From Candidatus Aalborgicola bjergmarkensis (GTDB lineage: Bacteria; Pseudomonadota; Gammaproteobacteria; Burkholderiales; Burkholderiaceae_C): a stretch of DNA of 64,000 nt. Below the pieces are notes generated by a model, which worked only from the letters and a program-made list of their open reading frames with translations, did not search any database and had not been told where the DNA came from. Where the stretch lies: positions 150,505-214,504 of the forward strand of contig JADJFE010000002.1 of NCBI GenBank assembly GCA_016708725.1. Reading direction: 5' to 3'. Both the position numbers and the translations under genes were made by a program. Shown piece after piece: positions 54,046 to 63,517 of the stretch. Within the stretch, counting starts at the first letter, position 1. Each line of letters starts with the position of its first letter.

Positions 54046-54780
54046 TTAAACAAGAAAATTATCAATTTTACAAATCAACTCATCTAACTCATTTATTTTT
54101 CTGCCGAGTGTTAAATAAATGTCCGAGTAATCCAAGCATTCAACTGTGCGCTCTATTTTATTTTTTCTCTTTCTATTTTTACCGTCTAAATATGATTTTC
54201 CTGCGAGTTGATAAATTGCATGTAGGTCTTCCGCTGGGTGATCTCGAGTTGTCATATCATCATTACAAGGATCAAATCCAACTCTTGACACTATAAAAGA
54301 ATTGGTAAGTATTGTATCAACAAACTGGAAATGCTTGCATTCCGCCAAAAACCAAGATTCCACTTCTCTTACAGCAATAATGATTGAGGTATTGATAGGT
54401 AATGGTAGTGCTATTTTAACACCATTTCTTACGACTCCATTTCTTAAGTTAGATTGAAACAGTTGTAAATCTGTCCTAGGATACAAGTCTAGCAGACCTA
54501 CAATTTCCGTGTATCCTTGTAAAAACAGGCGCTGATAGTCTTCTAGCATCCTAGATTTAACGCCACCATCTCCTGCACAATCAAAAATAAGAGCATGATG
54601 TCTTGGGTTACTTGGTTGAGAGGTTGTTTTTGGATATATTTCTGTACAACAGTTCTTTCCCGCTCCTTGGAAACGTTCTAGCTTAATCTCTATGTTCTTT
54701 TGACCTGCAATTTCTATTAAAAGTTTATTTATAAATAACTGCTCTGTCAGCCCTTCAACATAAAATGCAATCTTTTTCAT
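54046..54780 (-). CDS. Cassette gene: DUF4276/TOPRIM-like protein
   Basis: IAFYVEGLTEQ (TOPRIM-type Glu), GLLDLY, IIIAVREVESWFLA; AT-rich. Confidence 0.7.
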   Translation of the reverse strand: MKKIAFYVEGLTEQLFINKLLIEIAGQKNIEIKLERFQGAGKNCCTEIYPKTTSQPSNPRHHALIFDCAGDGGVKSRMLEDYQRLFLQGYTEIVGLLDLYPRTDLQLFQSNLRNGVVRNGVKIALPLPINTSIIIAVREVESWFLAECKHFQFVDTILTNSFIVSRVGFDPCNDDMTTRDHPAEDLHAIYQLAGKSYLDGKNRKRKNKIERTVECLDYSDIYLTLGRKINELDELICKIDNFLV

Positions 54781-54786
54781 AAGAGA

Positions 54787-55950
54787 CTAATCCTCTGCAT
54801 TATCAATATAAAATTCAGAGGACAAGAAATCAAAATTACTCAACCCTGTATACTTGAAATCTTCAAATGTTGCTTTTGAATTTCTATGATTGTAAAACAA
54901 AGATTTTTTAGAAACCCTCTGAATAACAGACCAATACTCTAGAGGAACCTCATTCATTACAAATCTATCATTAGTTGTCATGATAACCTGAACAGATGAG
55001 CCAGAAACTTTTTGAATAATTAAATTAATAAGAGTTTTCGATCTGTCAAAATCAAGACCTTCTCCAATATCATCAATTAAAATACAACTTGGCGCCACAC
55101 TCAAAAGAGAGTAATTTAATTGTATTAGCAAAGACAAAACCCTAAACATACCCTGCGACATTTCTCTTTGATCGGTAATATCATCCAGTTCATTTTCTTT
55201 AACTGTTAAACCATATCCTGTAATAGGGAAATTTTTCAAAGGTTTAGCATCTATATCCTTTATGTCATAAGATATAGCTTTCATATCAGCTATAATTCCA
55301 TTACTAAATGAATCTGGAAATAAGCGCTTACCTCGAATAAAAGCTTCGGTAACTTCGTGACCATCTTTTAAATCCACTTCATCATCATCTTTGATCGCAT
55401 CCAAATCTCTTAGGTATGCATTTTTGCCTAATTGATCTCCGAATCTGTAGTGGCTTAAATTCTTACCCCAAAAATATAGCTTTTCAAAAAAAGAATGTTG
55501 TTTTTTATCTCTCTTTGAGACAGCCAAGACACCATCATCAGTCTGAAAATCCAGAAAATCGTTGGCCCCTTCATACCACAACTTTCCTAATGATCTATTG
55601 AGTTTCTCTACACCGTTAACAGTAAGAGTTTCATCGGTAATTTTTCCTTCTGCAAAATTTATATAATAATCAATTGATTCATTTTCATCAGTAAATTTTA
55701 GTGAATACTCTGCTGTTCCATAACCTAGCGTGTTAAGTACGGACAGCTTTACATCGCTTGATAACAAATCCGCAATATGTCTTATTGCATTAATAGTTCT
55801 GCTTTTTCCAGATGCATTTTTTCCAACAATAAGGTTCACATTATCTAATGTTAACCATTGTTCGAAATTCCCTTCTTTAGGTCTTCCTTCAACGGCCCAT
55901 TCATTAGGTTGACCTTTAAATCGGCAAAATTTCAATGCCTTTAAGTTCAT
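54787..55950 (-). CDS. Cassette gene: AAA_21/AAA_15 ABC-type ATPase
   Basis: IVGKNASGKS, EMSQGMFR signature, LIDDIGEGLD, IMTTND; AT-rich. Confidence 0.88.
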   Translation of the reverse strand: MNLKALKFCRFKGQPNEWAVEGRPKEGNFEQWLTLDNVNLIVGKNASGKSRTINAIRHIADLLSSDVKLSVLNTLGYGTAEYSLKFTDENESIDYYINFAEGKITDETLTVNGVEKLNRSLGKLWYEGANDFLDFQTDDGVLAVSKRDKKQHSFFEKLYFWGKNLSHYRFGDQLGKNAYLRDLDAIKDDDEVDLKDGHEVTEAFIRGKRLFPDSFSNGIIADMKAISYDIKDIDAKPLKNFPITGYGLTVKENELDDITDQREMSQGMFRVLSLLIQLNYSLLSVAPSCILIDDIGEGLDFDRSKTLINLIIQKVSGSSVQVIMTTNDRFVMNEVPLEYWSVIQRVSKKSLFYNHRNSKATFEDFKYTGLSNFDFLSSEFYIDNAED

Positions 55951-55995
55951 TTCCGCAACTCCAAAGTTAAAAATAATGGTAGCTTAAAATGAATT

Positions 55996-56060
55996 CGCTA
56001 ACCTAATGTCTGGAGACACACCCGTGTCTCCCTAACATGGCGGTTGCTCCATAACATGGC
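55996..56060 (-). other. attI-like site, platform 1
   Basis: Minus strand ATGTTA-TGGAGCAACCGCC-ATGTTA (direct repeats 19 bp apart), then GGAGACAC/GTGTCTCC, then G-TTAGCG at the first cassette. Confidence 0.75.
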
Positions 56061-56110
56061 TGGACGAAACCCCTGCAACCCCGCATGAAATAAGACTTTC
56101 ATCCAATATT

Positions 56111-56126
56111 CTGTATGCATCAGCAG
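56111..56126 (+). promoter_or_regulatory. LexA box-like site (one mismatch) upstream of intI remnant 1
   Basis: CTGTATGCATCAGCAG versus CTGT-N8-ACAG. Confidence 0.6.
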
Positions 56127-56141
56127 TCATAATATCCCAGA

Positions 56142-56300
56142 AAAACCAGCACGCCGGTTTTCGCGCCAACCCGGCTGCTGGATCAAGTACGTGCACAGAT
56201 GCGCCACCGGCACTATAGCCTCAGCGCCAAAGAGATATACCTGTACGGGGCGATTTTTTTGTTCGCTGACGTGGGAGCAACGCAATATGTCCGTTCCCAC
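56142..56300 (+). pseudogene. intI: Integron integrase 5' remnant 1
   Basis: RLLDQVRAQMRHRHYSLSAKEIYLY matches the IntI N-terminal SAM-like domain; no catalytic domain follows. Confidence 0.85.
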
Positions 56301-56427
56301 CCGAACCCCAAACCAGTGCCTGAGAAAACCCGAAAAACTCCCATTTCAATAGCTGTTCCCGCACGTTTCATGGGGCTTTCAAGCCGATTAGCTCAAAATT
56401 TAACCCAAAAACCACCCCATCACACAC

Positions 56428-56471
56428 CAGCCGCCCGGCAAGGCGGGGAGAACCTGGAAGTCTTGTTAGGC
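56428..56471 (-). other. Truncated attC (R'' half only)
   Basis: Minus strand GCCTAAC-AAGACTTCCAGG...CCCCGCCTTGCCGGGCGGCTG just after the ORF stop; no R' GTT arm. Confidence 0.6.
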
Positions 56472-56478
56472 TAGATGT

Positions 56479-57891
56479 TTACCAATGAATAACTTGAATG
56501 TCTAAGTCCTGCGCTGTCATGGCAACTTCTATACCTTCTTCGTTTGCACGAAATGCTGGGGCCTCATAACGCTGCATATACGAAACATAAGTATCCGCCT
56601 TCAATAATCCATCTGATGGATCTAAGTAGGACACCCAATAATTATTCGACTTGCGATCTAGAAAAACACCTGTCAGCACGGTCGCATGCCTTCCGAACTG
56701 ATTATCAATGGTAAACCATACTGGTCCAAAATCTTTTAAAAGTGAAACCAGGCCATTTTCAGAATAACTTTGTGGTGCAGCGTATTTCAGATTGGCCGAC
56801 AATAATAATGTCAACTTGTAGCTATTAGGTAAAGGCGCATCGCGCTCATATAAAGATAGAAACTGAAGTCCCAAACTTTTAACAGCCTCATTTTCATCAA
56901 TTTCTTGACTCAACCTCCAAGAAGTCATCATTGCTATAGCTGCAACCCAGCAACGGTTAGAAGAGGATTGCTTTACAGGATAAATATCTTCCAACCAAAC
57001 TAATTTTTCGAACTTATATAAAGTTTGCGGCAAGCTGGATTGAAGTTTTGTCAACGGCACCGATGTGGGAGCGGTAGTTTTAGCTTTTTCATGCAAAATA
57101 TTAGTAAGAGTGGATGCTTCTTCATTGGTAAGCTGTTCTCGACGAGATTTCATGATGAGCCGAGCAAGATCATCCCCACTACCTGATTCTCCCGGTTGCA
57201 AGTCCAAGACATTGATGGGTCTGAACGAAACAACTTTTTGTGTTTTAACAGCATCTTGCTCGGTGTAGATGCTTCCATTTGCACCAAAAGCCATGCCTTT
57301 TATTTTTCCATCACCAGTTTGCTTTCGGAATCGTCTAACTGTTATATCAGTGACAATTACATTGTCTATAAAAAAGTAATCCTTGTTTGGTATGGGGTGA
57401 ACCTTTCCTAGAGACTGAAATGGAATATCAGTTTGATTTTTATAGCCAAGCACTAGCTGATTTCTTATTGTTACTTCGGCAAGCTCATCACCAGTGGCGT
57501 CACCAGAAGTAAGTTGAAAACGACCGCCAAAATTTGCTTTTGCAGAAACTATCCCATGATATAATTTTTCTTCGATAATTTTCGTCTTAATCAAGTCACG
57601 CGATGGTCGATTCCTAGGGTCAAACGACCAAGTGACTTTTCCATCTTCAGATTGTGTGCGAATGGCTATAGCCCCTATCAAGTCCATTATCGAATCTTCA
57701 TCAGCAGAAAGCGCTGGCATACTAACATAGCCACTTGCTATCTGATCAAGTACATTTTCATTGATTTCAACTTGAACATCACTAAATGACACAGTATCGT
57801 TGACCATCTTAGATTTAAGAATAAATGCACCAACAGCTGATCCAATAAGCACTACTGCTAAAAGAATAGATATTTTTATATTCATCTTCAC
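56479..57891 (-). CDS. Cassette gene: N-terminally anchored protein with beta-rich domain and C-terminal papain-like (C39/C70-like) cysteine protease
   Basis: Hydrophobic N-terminus; VKQSSSNRCWVAAIAM (Cys), GPVW, RHATVLTGV (His), YLDP (Asp). Confidence 0.75.
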   Translation of the reverse strand: MKMNIKISILLAVVLIGSAVGAFILKSKMVNDTVSFSDVQVEINENVLDQIASGYVSMPALSADEDSIMDLIGAIAIRTQSEDGKVTWSFDPRNRPSRDLIKTKIIEEKLYHGIVSAKANFGGRFQLTSGDATGDELAEVTIRNQLVLGYKNQTDIPFQSLGKVHPIPNKDYFFIDNVIVTDITVRRFRKQTGDGKIKGMAFGANGSIYTEQDAVKTQKVVSFRPINVLDLQPGESGSGDDLARLIMKSRREQLTNEEASTLTNILHEKAKTTAPTSVPLTKLQSSLPQTLYKFEKLVWLEDIYPVKQSSSNRCWVAAIAMMTSWRLSQEIDENEAVKSLGLQFLSLYERDAPLPNSYKLTLLLSANLKYAAPQSYSENGLVSLLKDFGPVWFTIDNQFGRHATVLTGVFLDRKSNNYWVSYLDPSDGLLKADTYVSYMQRYEAPAFRANEEGIEVAMTAQDLDIQVIHW

Positions 57892-58012
57892 ACATCTTGA
57901 AAAATTTTATATGCAAACAGTTCGTGATGATCGGACAAAGCCATTTAAACGCTCTATCCGGTATTCCGAACCCGACTTTTCTCATAGGGTGACGTACCCT
58001 AAAAAATAACCT

Positions 58013-58082
58013 GCCTAACGTCCAAGTTTAGGGACAGGCAAAAGCGAAGCTTTTGGCTGTCCGCTGGAACGAACTGTTAGAG
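58013..58082 (-). other. attC site, array 2
   Basis: Minus strand CTCTAAC (overlapping the ORF's TAA stop)...GGACAGCCAAAAGC-TTC-GCTTTTGCCTGTCC...GTTAGGC. Confidence 0.9.
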
Positions 58083-58715
58083 GTTTTGTCTGGAAGAGAG
58101 TTGCCATATGTGTTCTCTATCCAAAATACACACGAGCTCAAATTGATCGAGTGCCGTACACATTGTTGTACCAACTAGCTTAATGCAACTATCCCATTCA
58201 GTTGGGTGTGATTCGTCCTTACAATAAATTATAAGAGCGGTGCCTTTTGGGTATTCCTTTCCGAGTTTCTTTGCTAGAACTCTCGCCAGAATTCTTCCCC
58301 GCTCAGCTACCCATTCTGAGTCGCGCTTTATCGCTGTTACAACCCCATTCCTATGGAGTTCAGTACGTGTCTTGTGCTCGGTTTGATCCTCGAGGGATGT
58401 AACCTCAATGAAGTTAATTTTAGAACCACTATCGTGCTCATGTTCAACGGTTGCATCGTATGTCTGATTCCCTAACTTCAGGGAAACTTTGGCTTGTGGC
58501 GCCTCAAGCTTTAGAAATAGTTCACAGAAATATCCAATTGGTACCATTTCATCACATAGTTCTTTCGCTAGGCCGATGCGCTTGAGAAATTGTTCCTCAC
58601 CAAATGGCGTACTTCTAACAAGTGCGCATAAATTCCAAGATTTCTGAAGATATTCAGCAACTGAATATTTACGCTGCATTTTTTCTTGAAGCCATTCGTT
58701 CGTAATTTGAATCAT
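58077..58715 (-). CDS. Cassette gene: hypothetical, possible PD-(D/E)xK-like nuclease
   Basis: EMVPIGYF...GNQTYDATV...FIEVT pattern; bounded by GTTAGGC upstream and attC downstream. Confidence 0.6.
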   Translation of the reverse strand: MIQITNEWLQEKMQRKYSVAEYLQKSWNLCALVRSTPFGEEQFLKRIGLAKELCDEMVPIGYFCELFLKLEAPQAKVSLKLGNQTYDATVEHEHDSGSKINFIEVTSLEDQTEHKTRTELHRNGVVTAIKRDSEWVAERGRILARVLAKKLGKEYPKGTALIIYCKDESHPTEWDSCIKLVGTTMCTALDQFELVCILDREHIWQLSSRQNL

Positions 58716-58752
58716 ATTGATCGCTTCGAAGCCAAAAACCAGGGGAAAGGAT

Positions 58753-58810
58753 GCCTAACTCAATATGAAGAGACACTCTCGCGTCTCCGTAACATGGCCG
58801 GGCAACATCC
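58753..58810 (-). other. attI-like site, platform 2
   Basis: Homologous to 55996-56060; G-TTAGGC at the first cassette; ATGTTA motif retained. Confidence 0.7.
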
Positions 58811-58848
58811 GCGCAAACCCGCATGAAATAAGGCTTGTAGCCGACATT

Positions 58849-58864
58849 CTGTATGCATAAACAG
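58849..58864 (+). promoter_or_regulatory. LexA (SOS) box upstream of intI remnant 2
   Basis: CTGTATGCATAAACAG is an exact CTGT-N8-ACAG match. Confidence 0.8.
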
Positions 58865-58880
58865 TCATAACATCCCCAGA

Positions 58881-59025
58881 AAAACCAGCACGCCGGTTTT
58901 TGCGCCAACCCGGTTGCTGGATCAAGTACGTGCGCAGATGCGCCACCGGCACTATAGCCCAAGAGTTGAAGTGGCCTATTTGTATTGAGCGAATTTTTTT
59001 GTTCGCCGACATGGGCACAATGCAA
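58881..59025 (+). pseudogene. intI: Integron integrase 5' remnant 2
   Basis: TRLLDQVRAQMRHRHYSPRVEVAYLY-stop-ANFFVRRHG; TGA at 58986-58988 where IntI has Trp. Confidence 0.88.
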
Positions 59026-59370
59026 TATACCTAGCCCACCAGTAACCAAAGCTCTCCGCACCGAATTCTGCGTGTGCAGTCATCCAGCCAGGAGAAATCC
59101 GACAAACTCCCATTTCAATAGCTGTCTCCGCAGGCTCCATGAGGCCTTCAAGCCGATCAGCTCAAAATTCAACCCAAAAACCACCCCGCCACACACCACC
59201 AGCAGCCCGGCTAGGTGGGATGGTTTTGGGTTGGTAGCCCCGGAATAAAGAGAAAATATGGCTGTACCCCTCATGGAATAAGCGACAACAGCTACAAATG
59301 TAGAAGCACTCTACAGCAGGGAGCAGGCCATAAACTCTACTGCGACACGGAAACAAAGTAGCATCAATAC

Positions 59371-60293
59371 CCGCCACCACCCCCAAACGCATCGCAGTAG
59401 TCGGCGCCGGCCCGGCGGGCATGGCCGCAGCCACTTTGCTGGCCGAGCGCGGGCATCAGGTCACGCTGTTTGACGCTGCGGCGGATGTGGGCGGCCAGTT
59501 CAACCTGGCGCGCAAGATTCCGGGCAAGGAGGAGTTTGCGGAAACGCTGCGCTACTTCCGCAACCGCCTGAACGAACTCAAAGTGGACTTGCAATTCAAG
59601 CGCCATGTCAGCGCAGATGACCTCAAAGGCTATGCCCATGTGGTGCTTGCCACCGGCATTGTGCCGCGCACGCCCGCGATTGACGGCATCCACCACCCCA
59701 AGGTCACCAGCTACATCGACCTGATCGAAGGCCGCAAACAGGCCGGTAAACGGGTGGCCATCATCGGCGCCGGTGGCATTGGTTTTGACGTGGCCGAATT
59801 GCTCAGCCACGCCAACCCACACAGCGATGACCCCGCCAGCCCCGTCAACCTGGAAGCCTACCAGAAGGAATGGGGCATTGACGTTCAGTATGGCGATGTG
59901 CGTGGCGGCCTGACCGCACCACAAATGCCAGCCGCTGTACGCGAAATCTGGCTGCTGCAACGCAAGACCGGCAAGCTCGGCGAAGGCCTGGCACGCACCA
60001 CCGGCTGGGCGCGGCGCCTGCTGCTGCAAAAGCGCGACGTACACATGCTGGGCGGCGTGGAGTACCGCAAAATCGACGATGCCGGTCTGCACATTGCCAT
60101 CGACGGCAAGGATCAACTGCTCGACGTGGACACCGTGGTCATCTGCGCCGGGCAGGACCCGCGCCGCGAACTGGTACAAGGTCTGGCTGCGCTGGGCATC
60201 GCCTACACCCTGGTGGGCGGTGCCGATGTGGCCGCTGAACTCGATGCCAAGCGCGCCATTGCACAAGCAACCGAAGTGGCACTGGAACTCTGA
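59371..60293 (+). pseudogene. fadH: Duplicated 3' half of fadH (FAD/NADPH domains only)
   Basis: Near-identical to about 51065-51986 with scattered substitutions; TIM-barrel half absent. Confidence 0.92.
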
Positions 60294-60314
60294 CCCACCA
60301 CAGCAAGCCTAGCC

Positions 60315-62141
60315 ATGTCCGACAGCATCATCAACCGCCGTGACCTCGACTTCCAGCTGTTCGAGGTGCTGGACACCGAAGCACTCACGGCCCACCCGCG
60401 CTTTGCCGAGCACAGCCGCGAGACTTTTACGGCAGTGCTGGACACGGCACAAGCTGTCGCCCGCGAAAAGTTTGCCCCGCACAACCGCAACGCCGATGAA
60501 AACGAGCCACACCTGGACCCGGTGGATGGGCAGGTGCACTTGATTCCCGACGTTGCCGTGGCGCTAGAAGCCTTTGTGCAAGCCGGTTTTCTGGCGGCCA
60601 GCTATGACTTTGATGAAGGCGGCATGCAGCTGCCTGCTGTGGTGTCGCAAGCAGCGATGTCGATTTTCGCCAGCGCCAACATGTCCACCACGGTCTACCC
60701 CCTGCTCAGCATGGGCAACGCCAGCGTGATCCACCGCTACGGTAGCGCGGAACAAAAAAAGACATACTGGGAGCCGCTGATGGCGGGGCGCTTCTTTGGT
60801 ACCATGGCGCTGACCGAACCGCAGGCAGGCTCTGGACTGGCCGACCTCAAAACCAGCGCCACACCCAACCCCGATGGCAGCTACGCCATCCGGGGCAACA
60901 AAATCTTCATCTCTGCGGGCGACCATCCCTTGAGTGAAAACATCGTCCACTTGGTACTGGCACGCATCGAAGGCGCTCCGCCCGGCGTCAAAGGCATCTC
61001 GCTCTTCATCGTGCCCAAATTCCATGTGCAAGCCGATGGCAGCCTGGGCGCGCGCAACGATGTCGCACTGACCGGACTCATCCACAAAATGGGCTGCCGG
61101 GGTGCGACTTCCACCATGCTGGCTTTCGGGGAAAAAGGCGCGTGCCGGGGCGAGCTGGTGGACGAGCCGCACAAGGGCCTGCGCTACATGTTCCACATGA
61201 TGAACCAGATTCGCATTGGCACGGGTATTGGCGCCGTCATGCTGGGCTATCGGGGTTACCAGGCATCGCTGGCCTACGCCAGGCAGCGCCTGCAGGGCCG
61301 CGCACCCACCAGCAAAAATCCCTCCGACCCCCCGTTGCCCATCATCGAACACGGCGACGTGCGGCGCATGTTGCTGGCACAAAAAGCCTATGTGGAAGGC
61401 GGCTACGCACTGTGCCTGTACTGCGCCCAGCTGGTGGACACCCAGACCACTGGCGCGGATGAAACCGCCCGGCGCGAGGCCGGTATGCTGCTGGAGCTGC
61501 TCACCCCCATCACCAAATCCTGGCCCTCGCAATGGTGCCTGGAAGGCAACAGCCTGGCGATCCAGGTGCATGGCGGCTACGGCTACACCCGCGACTATCC
61601 CGTCGAGCAGTTTTACCGCGACAACCGGCTCAACGCCATCCACGAAGGCACCCACGGCATCCAGGCGCTCGACCTGCTGGGCCGCAAGGCCTTCATGCAC
61701 AACGGCGCTGCCAGCCAGTTGCTGGCGCGCGCCATCCAGCAAACGCTGGAACAGGCCGACGAAGCCGACAATGCGGCGGAGTTGCAGGAGTTCACCACCG
61801 CCTTGGGCGCAGCACTCATGGACATGACCAGCACCCTGCAAACCCTGGGCGCCGCCCTGGCAAAGGAACCCGAGCGGACCCTGGCCAATGCCAGCGTATT
61901 CCTCGAAGTCTGCGGCCACACCGTGATCGCCTGGATGTGGCTACGCCAGGCACTCGCCGCCTGCCGTGGCCTGGCGACGCACACCGCAACCGACAACGCT
62001 ACAGAGCGCGCCTTCTACCAAGGCAAACTCAGCACCTGCCGCTGGTTCTACCGCTGGGAATTACCCAAAACCCGCACCTGGCACGCACTGCTGCGCAGCC
62101 TGGACGACACCGCACTGGCGATGCCGGATGGGGGGTTTTGA
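60315..62141 (+). CDS. Acyl-CoA dehydrogenase (copy 2, diverged)
   Basis: Full-length paralog of 51999-53819 with a 2-aa insertion (PHLDPVDG) and many synonymous changes. Confidence 0.95.
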   Translation: MSDSIINRRDLDFQLFEVLDTEALTAHPRFAEHSRETFTAVLDTAQAVAREKFAPHNRNADENEPHLDPVDGQVHLIPDVAVALEAFVQAGFLAASYDFDEGGMQLPAVVSQAAMSIFASANMSTTVYPLLSMGNASVIHRYGSAEQKKTYWEPLMAGRFFGTMALTEPQAGSGLADLKTSATPNPDGSYAIRGNKIFISAGDHPLSENIVHLVLARIEGAPPGVKGISLFIVPKFHVQADGSLGARNDVALTGLIHKMGCRGATSTMLAFGEKGACRGELVDEPHKGLRYMFHMMNQIRIGTGIGAVMLGYRGYQASLAYARQRLQGRAPTSKNPSDPPLPIIEHGDVRRMLLAQKAYVEGGYALCLYCAQLVDTQTTGADETARREAGMLLELLTPITKSWPSQWCLEGNSLAIQVHGGYGYTRDYPVEQFYRDNRLNAIHEGTHGIQALDLLGRKAFMHNGAASQLLARAIQQTLEQADEADNAAELQEFTTALGAALMDMTSTLQTLGAALAKEPERTLANASVFLEVCGHTVIAWMWLRQALAACRGLATHTATDNATERAFYQGKLSTCRWFYRWELPKTRTWHALLRSLDDTALAMPDGGF

Positions 62142-62245
62142 AGACGTGGGGGTGATCTGGGTCGCAGGCGCTGTCAGTGCTGTCACTGCACCTTGGGCAG
62201 CACGGTAGCACGGCATTGGTTGGCTTGCGCGCGTGCAGCTGACGT

Positions 62246-62314
62246 GCACAACGTTTGAATTAACCGGCTGGCGCGGCTTTATCGCGCCAGTCCGTGTTGA
62301 ATGATGGGTTAGCG
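62246..62314 (-). other. attC site (terminal), array 3
   Basis: Minus strand CGCTAAC-CCATCATTCAACACGGACTGGCGCG-ATAAAGC-CGCGCCAGCCGGTTAATTCAAAC-GTTGTGC; R'' overlaps the TAA stop. Confidence 0.9.
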
Positions 62315-62815
62315 GCCGTGTGAAGTTCGACCATGAAGAACATAGAGATTTTCTGTTTCGGCAAATTTGAGTACCGCAAGATGCGCTTTTAATATCCTTA
62401 TCATATAAGGCAAGTCATCGCCATCCCATTGGCTGTCCGGGTTCTGTTCTGTAGGAAGGCTTAACCCTTCAAGGATTTCACTTTCTGTCCAAGAATCTTG
62501 CTCAACGCAGATGGCAACTGCACGGGGATCTTTTTCGAAAGACACCAATAACGATTCGATATCTTTAATGGCTTGGTATACCTTTTCTGGATTGAGGGTT
62601 GCGGCGCTTTCTGAAAGATATGCGAGATATTTTTTATCGTATGCCCGAACCACTTTCTCCAGCATATTTGATAGTGCAGGTTTTCTGTTTGAGTATCCGA
62701 AACAAAACGGACCGCCATTGCTGATTAGGTGTGAAATGTCATCCAGCGACCCGAATTGAGGGGGAATTTCATCCGCTCGTGCTGAAACAGAAAGTAAGGC
62801 ATGGTCATTCGCCAT
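62309..62815 (-). CDS. Cassette gene: hypothetical protein
   Basis: 168-aa AT-rich ORF whose ATG is 4 bp after GTTAGCC and whose stop lies within the attC. Confidence 0.75.
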   Translation of the reverse strand: MANDHALLSVSARADEIPPQFGSLDDISHLISNGGPFCFGYSNRKPALSNMLEKVVRAYDKKYLAYLSESAATLNPEKVYQAIKDIESLLVSFEKDPRAVAICVEQDSWTESEILEGLSLPTEQNPDSQWDGDDLPYMIRILKAHLAVLKFAETENLYVLHGRTSHGR

Positions 62816-62819
62816 AGAC

Positions 62820-62885
62820 GGCTAACCTAATGTGTGGAGACATTCTCGTGTCTCCCTACCATGGCGATTATCTCCATGACATGGC
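62820..62885 (-). other. attI-like site, platform 3
   Basis: Homologous to 55996-56060 (CTAACCTAATGT.TGGAGACA...GTGTCTCCCTA.CATGGC). Confidence 0.7.
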
Positions 62886-62965
62886 TGGGCGAAACCCCTG
62901 CAACCCCGCATGAAATAAGATTTTCATCCAATATTCTGTATGCATCAACGGTCATAACACCCCAG

Positions 62966-63115
62966 AAAACCCAGCACGCCGGTTTCTGCGCCAACCTGGC
63001 TGCTGGATCAATTACGTGCGCAGGCGCGCCACCGGCACTATAGCCTCAGAGCCGAAGGAGCTTGCCTGTATGGAGTGATTTTTTGGTTCGCTGGCATGGG
63101 CACAGTGCAATGTGC
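62966..63115 (+). pseudogene. intI: Integron integrase 5' remnant 3
   Basis: LLDQLRAQARHRHYSLRAEGACLY, then VRWHG after a frameshift; degenerate LexA box at 62936-62951. Confidence 0.85.
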
Positions 63116-63259
63116 CCGGCCCCTCCCGCAACCAAAGCCAGCGCCTGAGAAAACCAACAAAACTCCCATTTCAATAGCTGTTACCGCACGTTCCATGAGG
63201 CTTTCAAGCCGATTTGCTAAAAATTTAACCACAAAACGACATGACGCAGGGGAGCGCCG

Positions 63260-63517
63260 TCAGGCGTGAGCTTGTGCTTCAAATGCAGCCACCGATACCG
63301 GGCGGCTCACTGCCACGGACCTGCGCAAAGTCTTGATGCGTTCAACTTCATGCATGGTTGCGGCGGTGAAATACGACTCGCCACAGTTTGAGCATGACCA
63401 TAGGGGGATGCCCTCAATAACAAGCAAGTTCGCACCTTTTCCAAAACTACGGGTGACGTGCTTGAGTTGTACCGACGGGCTACCGCAGTGCTCACAGATA
63501 TGTTGATTAGCAGACAT
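63260..63517 (-). CDS. YgiT-type zinc-finger (MqsA N-terminal-like) antitoxin
   Basis: CEHCG...LLVIEGIPLWSCSNCGESYF. Confidence 0.85.
   Translation of the reverse strand: MSANQHICEHCGSPSVQLKHVTRSFGKGANLLVIEGIPLWSCSNCGESYFTAATMHEVERIKTLRRSVAVSRPVSVAAFEAQAHA

Noticed and set aside
52515-61919. Long antisense ORFs (52515-53597, 59364-60266, 60564-61919) and similar shadows over acrB, fadH and zapE
   Set aside because: They lie opposite well-supported genes in GC-rich DNA and have no recognisable motifs; they are codon-bias shadows.
63236-63265. GCCTGAC at the YgiT gene stop as the TA cassette's attC
   Set aside because: It does not complement the cassette's GTTAGCG and no hairpin or R' arm follows.
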